64,000 nucleotides of DNA from Promethearchaeota archaeon (GTDB taxonomy: Archaea; Asgardarchaeota; Lokiarchaeia; Sigyniarchaeales; SOKP01). The notes under the pieces are model-generated. The model saw only the letters and a program-made list of their open reading frames with translations, made no database searches and was not told where the DNA came from. Positions 41,113 through 51,378 of the stretch are shown in pieces (within the stretch, counting starts at the first letter, position 1; each line of letters begins with the position of its first letter). The DNA lies in contig JAFGOA010000071.1 in NCBI GenBank assembly GCA_016926735.1, positions 1 through 64,000 on the forward strand, written 5' to 3'. Both the position numbers and the translations under genes were made by a program.

Positions 41113-41216
41113 AGTTAATTTTTTTATTTTATTAAAAAATAATATCTAATGTGTTTTAATAATTAAAAATTATATATATGTTATAGATAAAGTTATGTTT
41201 AAAATTTTTTTTTTTT

Positions 41217-42083
41217 TTATTCCAACCTATGTGACTCTTGATTTGTATATGCGATTAAAGTATTTTGCATTAAAGAATGTACAGTCATAGGACCAATACC
41301 ACCAGGTGAAGGCGTTATTTTACCACATTTATCCAAAACATCATCGAAATCTACGTCACCACATAATTTTCCATCAACCCTATTGGTACCAACATCAATA
41401 ATTATCGCACCTTCTTTGATTTTATCTTTCGTTATATATTTAGGGCGTCCAACAGCAACAATAAGTATATCCGCTTTTTGCATATGAGATTCTATATCGA
41501 TTGTGGATGTATGACAGATAGTTACTGTTGCATTTCTTTTTAGGAGCATAAATATTAATGGCTTTCCAATAAGAATAGAACGATTAATTATTACTACATT
41601 CTTTCCTTTTAAGTCAATTTTATAAGATTCTAATAGTGTAATTATACCTTTCGGAGTGCAAGCAGCTAATTCTTCATTATAGTCAAATAATTTTCCTCTA
41701 TTTATTGGATGAAACCCATCAACATCTTTGTTGGGATCAATATATTCAATAAACTCGGATGTATATTTAGATAATCCATCAGGGAGAGGAAGTTGTAGCA
41801 AAATACCATGGATAGTATTATCTCTATTTAGAGTGTCAATTTTTTCAAGTAATTCTTGTTTTGATATATTAGCTGATAAATTTATCATAATAGAGGAAAT
41901 TCCTATATTAGCACATGTTTTGTGTTTAATATTTACATATACTTTTGAAGCAGGATTTTCCCCTACTAGAATTGTAGCTAATTTTGGCCTTTTTTTATTA
42001 TTGGCCAATAAAAGGTCAATTTTAGTCTTAAGTTCTAAATTTAGTTCATTAGCAAGCTTATTGCCATCAAGTATTTTATCCAT
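41217..42083 (-). CDS. folD: Methylenetetrahydrofolate dehydrogenase/cyclohydrolase
   Basis: 'GILLQLPLP', 'KDVDGFHP', 'CTPKG', 'NATVTICH', 'PGGIGPMTV'. Confidence 0.97.
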   Translation of the reverse strand: MDKILDGNKLANELNLELKTKIDLLLANNKKRPKLATILVGENPASKVYVNIKHKTCANIGISSIMINLSANISKQELLEKIDTLNRDNTIHGILLQLPLPDGLSKYTSEFIEYIDPNKDVDGFHPINRGKLFDYNEELAACTPKGIITLLESYKIDLKGKNVVIINRSILIGKPLIFMLLKRNATVTICHTSTIDIESHMQKADILIVAVGRPKYITKDKIKEGAIIIDVGTNRVDGKLCGDVDFDDVLDKCGKITPSPGGIGPMTVHSLMQNTLIAYTNQESHRLE

Positions 42084-42089
42084 TCCAAA

Positions 42090-43217
42090 TCAGATTTGTC
42101 TCCGTTTCCATAAAAAGAATATTAAACCAGCAGTAAATCCAATTGCTACTAAAATGCCTAAAAGAACATACCAATTAAATTCTACAAGGCCAATTTCACT
42201 ATTCAATGAATCAAGAGCATTTAAAATTTTTAGAGTTTGATAGGCATTATAGGACGTACTCATAGAAGAATTTTGACTTCCAATCCCAGTAGAAGGATCC
42301 GAAAATCCACCATCAAGTGTGTTTTGGCGATCTAAAATCCAATTAATTGTTGTAAGTCTATCATTATATTCACTTCCAGATACCATTGAGATAATTTTGA
42401 TATTATAATAGGTGCTCCAAATTACTGTTTGAGTTAAAGAAGTATCTGGTTTATACCCACCATTAGAAAGATAAAAACTCTTAGCATATTGAATTATTTT
42501 CTCTTTAGTCGTAGAAGTTAAATTATTAAAACTATCTAAGCTATTAAGAGCAAGAACGGCATAATTTGTTGATGATATTGACGATACTGCAGTAGAATTT
42601 CCTCCAAATCCTCCATCAGTATTATTACAAGTCAATAACCAATTTATATGACTAAGTGCATTGTTCATTTCTTGATTAATTATCTCATAACATTTAATGC
42701 CTAGGAACGTAGATATTACAATCGGATATGAACTTGTATTTGTCATTGAAAACCCACCTGTGATGAGATTTGTCTGGTTAAGATAATTGATAATTTTTCC
42801 ATTTAAACTACTGTTAGAAATGATTATATTATTAATTTGTCCTAAAGTATTGATTGAACTTAATAGATAATATAAATCATATAAATCCATGGCATCATCA
42901 TCAATCTTATAATCTATTATACTTCCAAATAATTCAGATAGTTCTATAGAATCTACATAATAATTAATTTCATTAAAGTCTTTCAATATCTCTAATGCAT
43001 AAAAAGTTGCATCATAGGAGAGAGGACCATCAACTGAATTTGAAAATCCTTCAGAATCTGAGATTCTATTGCTTGAGATAAAATCTATCAAATAATTGCT
43101 CCTTGATTTTGCTAATGATAAAGGGGTAATTATTAAAAATGATAATAATACGAAGCATATTATCAATTTTTTAGTATGTTTCGTTTTCAATCTTGTACAA
43201 CTTAATTTATCTTTCAA
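42090..43217 (-). CDS. Secreted, C-terminally anchored prenyltransferase-beta-like alpha/alpha toroid protein
   Basis: Signal peptide; repeated 'DGGF' units (ITGGFS, TDGGFG, SNGGY, LDGGFS); C-terminal TM followed by 'WKRRQI'. Confidence 0.7.
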   Translation of the reverse strand: MKDKLSCTRLKTKHTKKLIICFVLLSFLIITPLSLAKSRSNYLIDFISSNRISDSEGFSNSVDGPLSYDATFYALEILKDFNEINYYVDSIELSELFGSIIDYKIDDDAMDLYDLYYLLSSINTLGQINNIIISNSSLNGKIINYLNQTNLITGGFSMTNTSSYPIVISTFLGIKCYEIINQEMNNALSHINWLLTCNNTDGGFGGNSTAVSSISSTNYAVLALNSLDSFNNLTSTTKEKIIQYAKSFYLSNGGYKPDTSLTQTVIWSTYYNIKIISMVSGSEYNDRLTTINWILDRQNTLDGGFSDPSTGIGSQNSSMSTSYNAYQTLKILNALDSLNSEIGLVEFNWYVLLGILVAIGFTAGLIFFLWKRRQI

Positions 43218-43553
43218 AAATTAATCTTTTTAAATTTAGCTTTTAATTAAAAATTAACTAATAAATCAAAAAAATGACCATTAATTGGGTTTTCAATAAT
43301 ATTAAAATTCAAATAAATTTGAATTAATATTATATAATTCCTCTTATGGCTCTAAATTATTATTTCACTTGGTATTGGTTAGAAGTTCTTCATTGATTAA
43401 GAATAAATTAAAATTTTATCAATTTCTATTATTATAAAAATACAATTTTTATTATTTGTTTATTTAAAAATCAAGGAAGTACAGGTATAAAAGAAAATAG
43501 GAAGATATAAAGAATTATTCAATAGAATTAATATAACATATAAAAGATCAGAA

Positions 43554-45092
43554 TTAATAATTACCAAAAATCTGCGAGATATCAGTATGTAGGATTTCTT
43601 TATTTAATTCAAATTGTTCCTTTGTAACAAATAAATTCCTAAATGAGGGCAAACTTCCCAATATTGTCGCACCATTATAGATAGCTAATTGAAGATTATT
43701 GGGTATAAAGAATTTTATTCCACTTTTAGAAGAATCCGTATATTCACTAAAACCTATACTTTTTACTGTTTCTTCTTTTGCTTTTTGAATTTCATTCATC
43801 GGGATTTTTAATGCTTCAGTTTTTAAATTATTACCACAAAAAGGACAAAATACTGATTCTTTATCCTTTATTTCTTTTTTACATTTTGAACAAGTAATAA
43901 TATTACTTATTTTATCTTGTGATATGTCTATTTGAATTGTTGGCATCTCCATATTTGCACCACATTGAGGACAATTTTTAATTCCACCTGATAAGCTGAC
44001 TAATGTACCACATTGTGGACAAGTATCATTTTCTTTTTTATTTCCCTCAATTGGCTTTAATTCTTCAATTTTCTCATTTTTTTTACTGTTCTTCCCTTTA
44101 TTTTTAATAGATATACCATATTGAGGTAATAATATATTTAATTCTGCTCTTAATCTTTCTTCAAAACCACTATGCGAAAGGTTACCTCCAGAAAGTACAA
44201 TGTGAGATAAAAGAACATCCCAATATTCTTGATCAACATTCTGTAGACAGCTAATAACAGCATGTTGAATTCCAGGAGAGTTTGAACCTATCATAGAAGG
44301 AGTAAATAGTACTTCTGTTGAATTATAGAGGATATGATCAGGTATTTGTACTTTAGAACCATCAGGCATATTATATTCGATACTTTCCCCTGTTTTTGCA
44401 GGATTATTTGGATCAATTGTAAAATAACAATTCTTTTCTTTTATTTCTTTTATTATTTCTTCTACAGCAGAAGATGAAATATTTATACCTTCTCTCATTA
44501 ATAGTGTTTTAAGATTATTGCTTACATCCATACCTGCTAAATTTAATCGCTGTACAGCTTGTAAAAGGATTTGCCCGTTAATTATGGGTACAATCCATGT
44601 TAATCCATCACCACTTTCAATAACTAAACCAGTAGTAAGACCTACAGAGAAACATGAAAGAATTGGAGAAGGCACCATTAATAAATTATGAATTTGATGG
44701 GTTTCAAAAAGCACTCTTGCAATAAATTCTTTTATATCTTTTGATTGGAAAGGATCTTCAATATAAATAATTGGATAATCTAAAGGATTTTGAATTCTAA
44801 GTAGAGTATATAAAATATGATTTAAAATTTGATAATAGCTATCCCAATCCACAATTGACCCACGCTGTATTGGATGAGAAATTTTTAGAACACCTCTCAT
44901 TTTCATTGCATCTTGTCCTATATACACATTTCTTGCATCAACATCAACCATTACTGAGTGATATTTTTCAGTTCCAGTTATACAAGGAAAAATGTATCGA
45001 GGATTTACTTCTCCAGCAAATCCCACTTTAACATAAGCAGATCCAATATCAATGATGATTGGAGTCCCTGGTGTTGGTAATGACATTTTCAT
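43554..45092 (-). CDS. Actin-related protein (Asgard actin family) with double zinc-ribbon insertion
   Basis: 'IIIDIGSAYVKVGFAGE..PR..FP', 'TTGLVIESGDGLT..VPI', 'RLNLAG', 'EIKEKNCY', 'IVLSGG', 'GATILGSLPSF..FVTKEQF'. Confidence 0.93.
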   Translation of the reverse strand: MKMSLPTPGTPIIIDIGSAYVKVGFAGEVNPRYIFPCITGTEKYHSVMVDVDARNVYIGQDAMKMRGVLKISHPIQRGSIVDWDSYYQILNHILYTLLRIQNPLDYPIIYIEDPFQSKDIKEFIARVLFETHQIHNLLMVPSPILSCFSVGLTTGLVIESGDGLTWIVPIINGQILLQAVQRLNLAGMDVSNNLKTLLMREGINISSSAVEEIIKEIKEKNCYFTIDPNNPAKTGESIEYNMPDGSKVQIPDHILYNSTEVLFTPSMIGSNSPGIQHAVISCLQNVDQEYWDVLLSHIVLSGGNLSHSGFEERLRAELNILLPQYGISIKNKGKNSKKNEKIEELKPIEGNKKENDTCPQCGTLVSLSGGIKNCPQCGANMEMPTIQIDISQDKISNIITCSKCKKEIKDKESVFCPFCGNNLKTEALKIPMNEIQKAKEETVKSIGFSEYTDSSKSGIKFFIPNNLQLAIYNGATILGSLPSFRNLFVTKEQFELNKEILHTDISQIFGNY

Positions 45093-45223
45093 CGATTTTT
45101 TAATTAATCAGAATAAAAAATTGTAAATATAATATCTATAAGATTTTACTTTATTATATTTATTTTGGATCATTGATATAGTATTTTAATTTTTTCTTTT
45201 TATTTAGATTCTATTGTCAAATA

Positions 45224-45655
45224 TTATGTCAAATATTTCATCAGTTTTATTAAGATAGTCTTTTCTAAGACTAATCCTATTAATTCATTTTTATCATTTA
45301 CAACAGGAATTCTCTCAACATTATTATCAAACATTTTTTTCAAAGCATCTATTAACATATCATTTTGTTTTATAATATACAATTCAGAAGTCATTAGATC
45401 TTTTACAAGAGTATTTGGTTTATCTAAAGACATAGCAAAGCGAGCTAGTCTAATATCTCGTTGAGTAATAATACCAATTAATTTCTTATTATCGTGTGAT
45501 TCTACAACAGGAAGACCCCCTATATTTTTTCTAACCATTAAAAGTTCAGTTGTGCTAATTTTTTCATTAGGAGTAATATATAAAGGATCTTCTACCATAA
45601 TTTCAGAAATTTTTAATTTTCCAAATTTTTGAAGAGTTTTATCTTCTTCTGACAT
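45224..45655 (-). CDS. CBS-pair protein
   Basis: Two CBS repeats ('GGLPVV..LIGIITQRD', 'RIPVVN..LIGLV'). Confidence 0.92.
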   Translation of the reverse strand: MSEEDKTLQKFGKLKISEIMVEDPLYITPNEKISTTELLMVRKNIGGLPVVESHDNKKLIGIITQRDIRLARFAMSLDKPNTLVKDLMTSELYIIKQNDMLIDALKKMFDNNVERIPVVNDKNELIGLVLEKTILIKLMKYLT

Positions 45656-45720
45656 GTTCTTTTATTCCATACTTTTAATATATAAAAATAAAATAAATCG
45701 CATATTCAACTATAATAAAT

Positions 45721-46170
45721 TCAATAAAGTTTTTTTAACTTTTGTTCTAATTTTTTTTCAAGAATAAAAACTTCTTCAATCATATTTTTATAGAGAGCTA
45801 ATAGAGATTTTCCCCATTCATTTAATTCTACAGTACCTCCACCCCCAACACCACCTTTGTGTGTAATAACGGGAGATAAACCGGTACGATTTTCAATTCT
45901 TTTTAATATATTCCAAGAATATTTATAAGAATAATTACATTTTTCAGCAGCTTTAGATAAAGATTTGATTTCATCTTTTTCTATTGCTTCTAATAAATTT
46001 GCCCATCCTTTACCCAATATACTAATATCTTCAAACTTTAACCAAAATTTTAAACCAAAATTTATTTTCTTTTTTAGTTCTAATATATTTTGGGGATTAT
46101 TCATGTTAATCATAAAAACAGATAATTGATATAAATTATTAATTTTACTATAAACATCACTTAAAATCAA
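45721..46170 (-). CDS. ModE-like winged-helix regulator
   Basis: 'LG.G..LLEAI..SLSKAA...YSYKYSW..L..IE..KGG.GGGG..L..G'. Confidence 0.88.
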   Translation of the reverse strand: MILSDVYSKINNLYQLSVFMINMNNPQNILELKKKINFGLKFWLKFEDISILGKGWANLLEAIEKDEIKSLSKAAEKCNYSYKYSWNILKRIENRTGLSPVITHKGGVGGGGTVELNEWGKSLLALYKNMIEEVFILEKKLEQKLKKLY

Positions 46171-46362
46171 TGATTTTTAATTAAATTTATCCATATTAAT
46201 TCTAATTTTAATCCATATTATTTAAATTTGTAAATCCATTGAAATGAATTCATTTTTCAAACAATTAGTTCAAATGAAATTTCGAGTAATTTTGTCCTAA
46301 AAAGAAAAGAAAATAAAGAAAAAAATGTTTACAAATATAAAGAATTAAAATAGGTTAGATAA

Positions 46363-47106
46363 TTGTTTTTCACTGGTTCGATAAAAAAAGGGAAAAAGGT
46401 CATAGATGATTTATTTTTTTTCCCTGAAACTCAAATGTTAGATTGTAATCAATATTTAATTGACAATAGAGAAAATGATGAATTAATTTTATTTGATGCA
46501 GGAAATGGAAAATCCTTAGAAGCTTTATTTGAAGGTATGAAAAATATTGGTTATGACTATAACAAAATAAAAAAAGTATACCTGACACATGAACATGTAG
46601 ATCATGTACTTGGAGTATATGAATTGTTAAAAAAAATGAATGATAAACCGCCTGAAATATATGCATATGAAAAAACGGCAAAGATTTTAAGAGAAGGTAA
46701 TGAATCTGAGATTATACCAGCAGGATTAGGGATAACATCGCATATGTTAGGCGTAGACATTAAACCTATTAATGTTATAGATATAAAAAATAATGATCAA
46801 ATTATTTTAAATTCTGAATTCTCATTTAAAATATATTTTAGTCCTGGACATTCCCAAGGATCCATTGTTTTTTATGAACCGGAAAAGAAAATATTAATAC
46901 CAGGAGATGTTGTCTTTACTGGTGGTAGCTTCGGCAGATATGATTTTCCAGGAGGATCTCTTAATCAACTTCAGAAATCAATAGATTTTATTAGTAACTT
47001 GGATGTGATATATCTATTACCAGGACATATGAATATAAGTGATAATGGAAACGAACAAATTGAATATTCTAATAAAATGGTTCATTCAATGAGCGGATAT
47101 TTCTAA
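46363..47106 (+). CDS. Metallo-beta-lactamase-fold hydrolase
   Basis: 'THEHVDH', 'PGHSQG', 'GDVVF', 'PGH'. Confidence 0.93.
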   Translation: MFFTGSIKKGKKVIDDLFFFPETQMLDCNQYLIDNRENDELILFDAGNGKSLEALFEGMKNIGYDYNKIKKVYLTHEHVDHVLGVYELLKKMNDKPPEIYAYEKTAKILREGNESEIIPAGLGITSHMLGVDIKPINVIDIKNNDQIILNSEFSFKIYFSPGHSQGSIVFYEPEKKILIPGDVVFTGGSFGRYDFPGGSLNQLQKSIDFISNLDVIYLLPGHMNISDNGNEQIEYSNKMVHSMSGYF

Positions 47107-47265
47107 AATTATAATCAATATTTTTGAGATCTAAATGATATTTTAGAATAATTTATTTTTTCATAGAAGGCTATAACAAATATTATATATATTTATATGT
47201 TTATATTATTTTAATAAATTCTAAATAAATATTAATTAGAATAATATATCTATGGGTAAAATAAT

Positions 47266-47922
47266 ATGTCTAATGAAAAAAAAGTAGACGAAGTATATTT
47301 AAGAAATTATCCTAAAGTAATCTTCTTTTGGCCAGTATTCTTCACTTCTTTTATATTGTGGATTATACAATGGGTAATAGGAGATATACCAAATAATATT
47401 TTGGGATATTTTTGGGCAGCAATGTTCTTCATCAATATTTTTGTTGTTGCTTTTGATTTTTCATCAACAAAGTTCTTTATTCTTGTGTTAGTTATTGTAA
47501 TAGCTTTGGTAATTATAATTATATGGCTTTTACCTAACATAGAAATACACCCAGGTGTTGAATTCAATTTAGGTTTAACTTGGCAATTCTATCTTACAAT
47601 GACTTTAATGTTAGGTCTACCTTTAGGAATGGTTGTTTTAAATGCCTATTTTAGTTATTATAAAGTTGAGAGAAATGAAATATACCATAAAAGTGGAATC
47701 TTTAGTTCTGCTGAAAGATTTCCGGTATCTAATTTAAGAATAAAGAAATCGATCCCAGATGTTTTTGAATTCTTATTTTTACGTGCTGGATCAATGGTGT
47801 TAATCCCGGGTAGATCAGAGGATGTAATAAACTTACCTACAGTACTAAATATAAATAAAAAAGCAAAAAGGATTGATGATCTCTTAAGTCATGTTTCTGT
47901 AGAACCGGATGAAGTTGATTAA
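47266..47922 (+). CDS. Membrane protein (4 TM) with C-terminal bPH-like domain
   Basis: Four TMs, then 'IYHKSGIFSS..FP...I..FLFL.AGS'. Confidence 0.6.
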   Translation: MSNEKKVDEVYLRNYPKVIFFWPVFFTSFILWIIQWVIGDIPNNILGYFWAAMFFINIFVVAFDFSSTKFFILVLVIVIALVIIIIWLLPNIEIHPGVEFNLGLTWQFYLTMTLMLGLPLGMVVLNAYFSYYKVERNEIYHKSGIFSSAERFPVSNLRIKKSIPDVFEFLFLRAGSMVLIPGRSEDVINLPTVLNINKKAKRIDDLLSHVSVEPDEVD

Positions 47923-48004
47923 ATTTTTATCTGATTTTTTTTATTTTTTTTTTATATAAATGTTAGATTTTATATCCTACTTTTTTATATAAATATAGCT
48001 CATT

Positions 48005-50809
48005 TTGCACGCAAAATTCTTATTGAATTTACAATTAAATTATAAAAAGGTTAATATGATAAATATGTTTAATATTGAAGATTTTCAAAACTACTCAATA
48101 ATCATCCCAATTATAAAAAAAATTAATAAATATTTAGAAAAAGGAAAACATTCAAATATTTCCCCTCAAATTGAAGAATTAAAAAGGTATTTAGATCATG
48201 ATACTTTAAGCGTACCTATTACATATATATTTAGTGTATTAGCTGAGAATTATCCAGAGTTATTTAATCTTGAGCTTATTGATAAAATTGAACCTTTAGT
48301 CTATTCTGACAATATAAAATTAAAATTAAATTCGATATCAATTTTGGGTTTCTTTATTTTAAATAATCCTGAGCTTATAGATATAAAATATTTCTCTTTA
48401 TTCACTAAATTACTCAATACCGAAAAGAAAGATATAAGAGAGAATTGCTATTATTTTCTACAGAGGATGTTCAATATTGATCAAAGAAAATTATTAAAAT
48501 TTATGGATAATTTACTTGAAGCTTTAGAATTAGAAATATTGGACTCAAAGTTAGAAGATATAATTATTATTCTTAATTTTATTCAGAATTGTGATAATTT
48601 TAATTTCAAACAACTATATACATTAAGAAAATTATCGAAATCAATTATTACAGAGATTTATGACGATTCAGATTCAGATCTTAAATCAATTCTGAATAAT
48701 CTTTTAAAAAATAAATATCAAGAGTTAATAGGAGTAAATTTTGAAGATATCAATAATAATGATCTATTATCATTGATAAACAAAACATTTATCCAATTAA
48801 AATATGAATTTAACAATGATTTGAAGAAAGAAAAACAGATTGAATTCAAAGATTATTTGAAAAAATTTAAAAAAAATGTTCTTAAAGAAAAAGAGATATA
48901 CTTTTATTTTAAAGATCAAGAAAAGCAGAATATTTATCTTTTTGAACTAGAGAAAGAAAAAACAATTGATTTCTTCAATCAAAATTGTAAATTATCATAT
49001 CAAGAGATTATTAATCAATTCCAAAAGGTTTTAGATGATTCAAATCTCCAATTATTTGTAAAAATGCTATTAAAATTAAAGCATATTAGTGGTTTTCTTT
49101 CAGAATTTAATTTCTATCCTTCAAACTATATTATTACTGAATTAACTAATTCTCTAAAAGAAGTTGGATATATTGAATTGGATAATTATAATTATTTACC
49201 AATAGATTTTATTATAGAGAATATTAAGAAAATCTCAAATGAGGCAAACTATAAAATACTTGTTGGAAAAGAAAAAAAAACATTTCATGTACTTTCGAAA
49301 ATTACAGAAAAAATTAGGGAAATAGCAGCTAAAGAAACATGTATTAATTTAAAGACATATCGAGACCAATTTACTGAAAAGTCATTTGTAAAAATTATAA
49401 AATCTCTACCAAAAGATTATTTAACAAGCTATCATAAAGGTTCAAGCTGGCTTACAAATATTGGAAAGTATAAATTTCTTAAAGAGCTAGAAAATTCTAA
49501 GATAATAGGATTTTTCGATATTGAGAAAATAAAAGAAAAGCTAGATATAACTGAAGATTTAATTCGAGAAATTTTTAATAATGAAATAGATATACGTAGT
49601 GGAGTATGGAATAAATCGCAAGATATCTTTTATTATTCAAAATATATAAAACAAAAGGTTGAAGATATAAATCAAATTAAAGATCCTCAAGAAAGAGTAG
49701 ATAGAATAAATAAATTATCAAGAGATCTTAACATAGAAAAGGAAAAAATTATTGGTAAAATTGATGAGAATATAGAATTAATCGGAGAAGAAATAAAGAA
49801 TCAAGATCAAATCCGTATTCCAGAATATATAGAAAAACTAGGTATGGATTATAATGATTTTATGCATTATATTGATAGTTTGGGCTTAAATTATCTAAAA
49901 AGAGCTGATTTTCTCATATTCAATCCTTTAAAAATTGAAAATGCTAAAAAAGAGATAACACAATTAATTAAAAGAGACATTCAAACATTAGATTTTATTT
50001 CTTTGGATAATTACGATATGAATTCTACAATTATAAAAGAAATCTTAAAAGAATTACAGAATATAGAAGAATTTAAAGGAATAGTATACGAAATGGAAAA
50101 TGAAAAAAAGTTCTATACCCAAATAGGATTGAAAAATATGATGCTCTCAAACATATTTCTATTTTCTTTCCACGATTTCTTTTATGGTAAAACATTAGAT
50201 GATAATGAAATATCAATCCTTTTAAACCTTTTTTATGACCTTAATAAACAAGGAAGATTAAAGGGAACATTTAATAAAGCAACATTAACCTTTTCTAGCG
50301 ATGAAATCGTATTTGCAAAAGATTATAACAGTAATTTAGATCAATTCAGATTCATGGTTGATAATTATATTAAAAAGTTTAATTCTGAATTTAAGAAAAT
50401 TAAACCCATTTTAAATAAAGAAACAGCTATAATTCCACAAGAAATAAAATTAATACAGGATGCTATTCTAAGAATAAATGAGAATTATATATTTTGGAAA
50501 AGTAAATTAGATGCATATATAACAAGAGTACATAAAAAATTATTAGAAGATCAGGGTATTTCTTTGAAAAAGTTTAATTCTGTGTCATATACTGGAATGG
50601 ATAAGAAAGATATAAAATCATTTGCAGATGATATTGAAGTTAAAGAATTAATGGATAAATTCAACTATTGGATAAGTCTTTTCAATAAATTAGAATTGAA
50701 ATATCAAAATGTAATATTCTATCAAAAAAGATATTTAAATAATCCAGATGATCAAGAATCTAATCAAAATTTACTAGAATTAAGAAAAGAATTAAATTTA
50801 ACACAGTAG
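48005..50809 (+). CDS. HEAT/ARM-repeat plus tandem PCI/winged-helix-like scaffold protein
   Basis: N-terminal HEAT-like units ('LLNTEKKDIRENC..L') and repeated 'G.....Y...I..EL...GYI.L' type units. Confidence 0.55.
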   Translation: MHAKFLLNLQLNYKKVNMINMFNIEDFQNYSIIIPIIKKINKYLEKGKHSNISPQIEELKRYLDHDTLSVPITYIFSVLAENYPELFNLELIDKIEPLVYSDNIKLKLNSISILGFFILNNPELIDIKYFSLFTKLLNTEKKDIRENCYYFLQRMFNIDQRKLLKFMDNLLEALELEILDSKLEDIIIILNFIQNCDNFNFKQLYTLRKLSKSIITEIYDDSDSDLKSILNNLLKNKYQELIGVNFEDINNNDLLSLINKTFIQLKYEFNNDLKKEKQIEFKDYLKKFKKNVLKEKEIYFYFKDQEKQNIYLFELEKEKTIDFFNQNCKLSYQEIINQFQKVLDDSNLQLFVKMLLKLKHISGFLSEFNFYPSNYIITELTNSLKEVGYIELDNYNYLPIDFIIENIKKISNEANYKILVGKEKKTFHVLSKITEKIREIAAKETCINLKTYRDQFTEKSFVKIIKSLPKDYLTSYHKGSSWLTNIGKYKFLKELENSKIIGFFDIEKIKEKLDITEDLIREIFNNEIDIRSGVWNKSQDIFYYSKYIKQKVEDINQIKDPQERVDRINKLSRDLNIEKEKIIGKIDENIELIGEEIKNQDQIRIPEYIEKLGMDYNDFMHYIDSLGLNYLKRADFLIFNPLKIENAKKEITQLIKRDIQTLDFISLDNYDMNSTIIKEILKELQNIEEFKGIVYEMENEKKFYTQIGLKNMMLSNIFLFSFHDFFYGKTLDDNEISILLNLFYDLNKQGRLKGTFNKATLTFSSDEIVFAKDYNSNLDQFRFMVDNYIKKFNSEFKKIKPILNKETAIIPQEIKLIQDAILRINENYIFWKSKLDAYITRVHKKLLEDQGISLKKFNSVSYTGMDKKDIKSFADDIEVKELMDKFNYWISLFNKLELKYQNVIFYQKRYLNNPDDQESNQNLLELRKELNLTQ

Positions 50810-50815
50810 AATTGA

Positions 50816-51100
50816 CTACTTTCTCTCTTTTTCTAATTTTGTGATAAAATCATCAATATCAATTGTAGAACTAGGTTTAATTTTATAACATCTTGGGTTT
50901 ACAGAACCATTGATTTCTAATACGCCATTTTCTTCGAGTAATGCTAAAGATCTCCAAATAAAGTTTATTTTTGATCGATTTGATGATTTTATTTTATTAT
51001 GTCTTCTAATTCGTTTTGTATTAACCATATTTACATTATTCTCTATAAGTTTATTAATTGCTTCTAATGTTTCTCTTACGTTTTTTAAAAAAAAATCCAT
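50816..51100 (-). CDS. Small basic winged-helix-like protein
   Basis: 'INFIWRSL..LEENGVLEING..PRCYKI' helix-wing pattern. Confidence 0.55.
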   Translation of the reverse strand: MDFFLKNVRETLEAINKLIENNVNMVNTKRIRRHNKIKSSNRSKINFIWRSLALLEENGVLEINGSVNPRCYKIKPSSTIDIDDFITKLEKERK

Positions 51101-51378
51101 TTTTTCAAAAGCCCCTTTTCATAAAGTAGCAATAATTGAACTAATAAAAAATAATTTCAATTAATACAATTTGTAAGTATTATAAATTATTTTTACTCAA
51201 ATATAAATATTTTTGATTAAGAAATCAAATTTATCTAATTCTAGAAAAGATTGATTTTATAATTATATTATTGATAAATAGAAAAAATTAAATAATATTT
51301 TAGCTTTCTGGAAAAGCAAAATGAATATTTTTAGTTCTGAAAAAAAAAATTATAGGAAAATTCTATAGATAATTTAAT

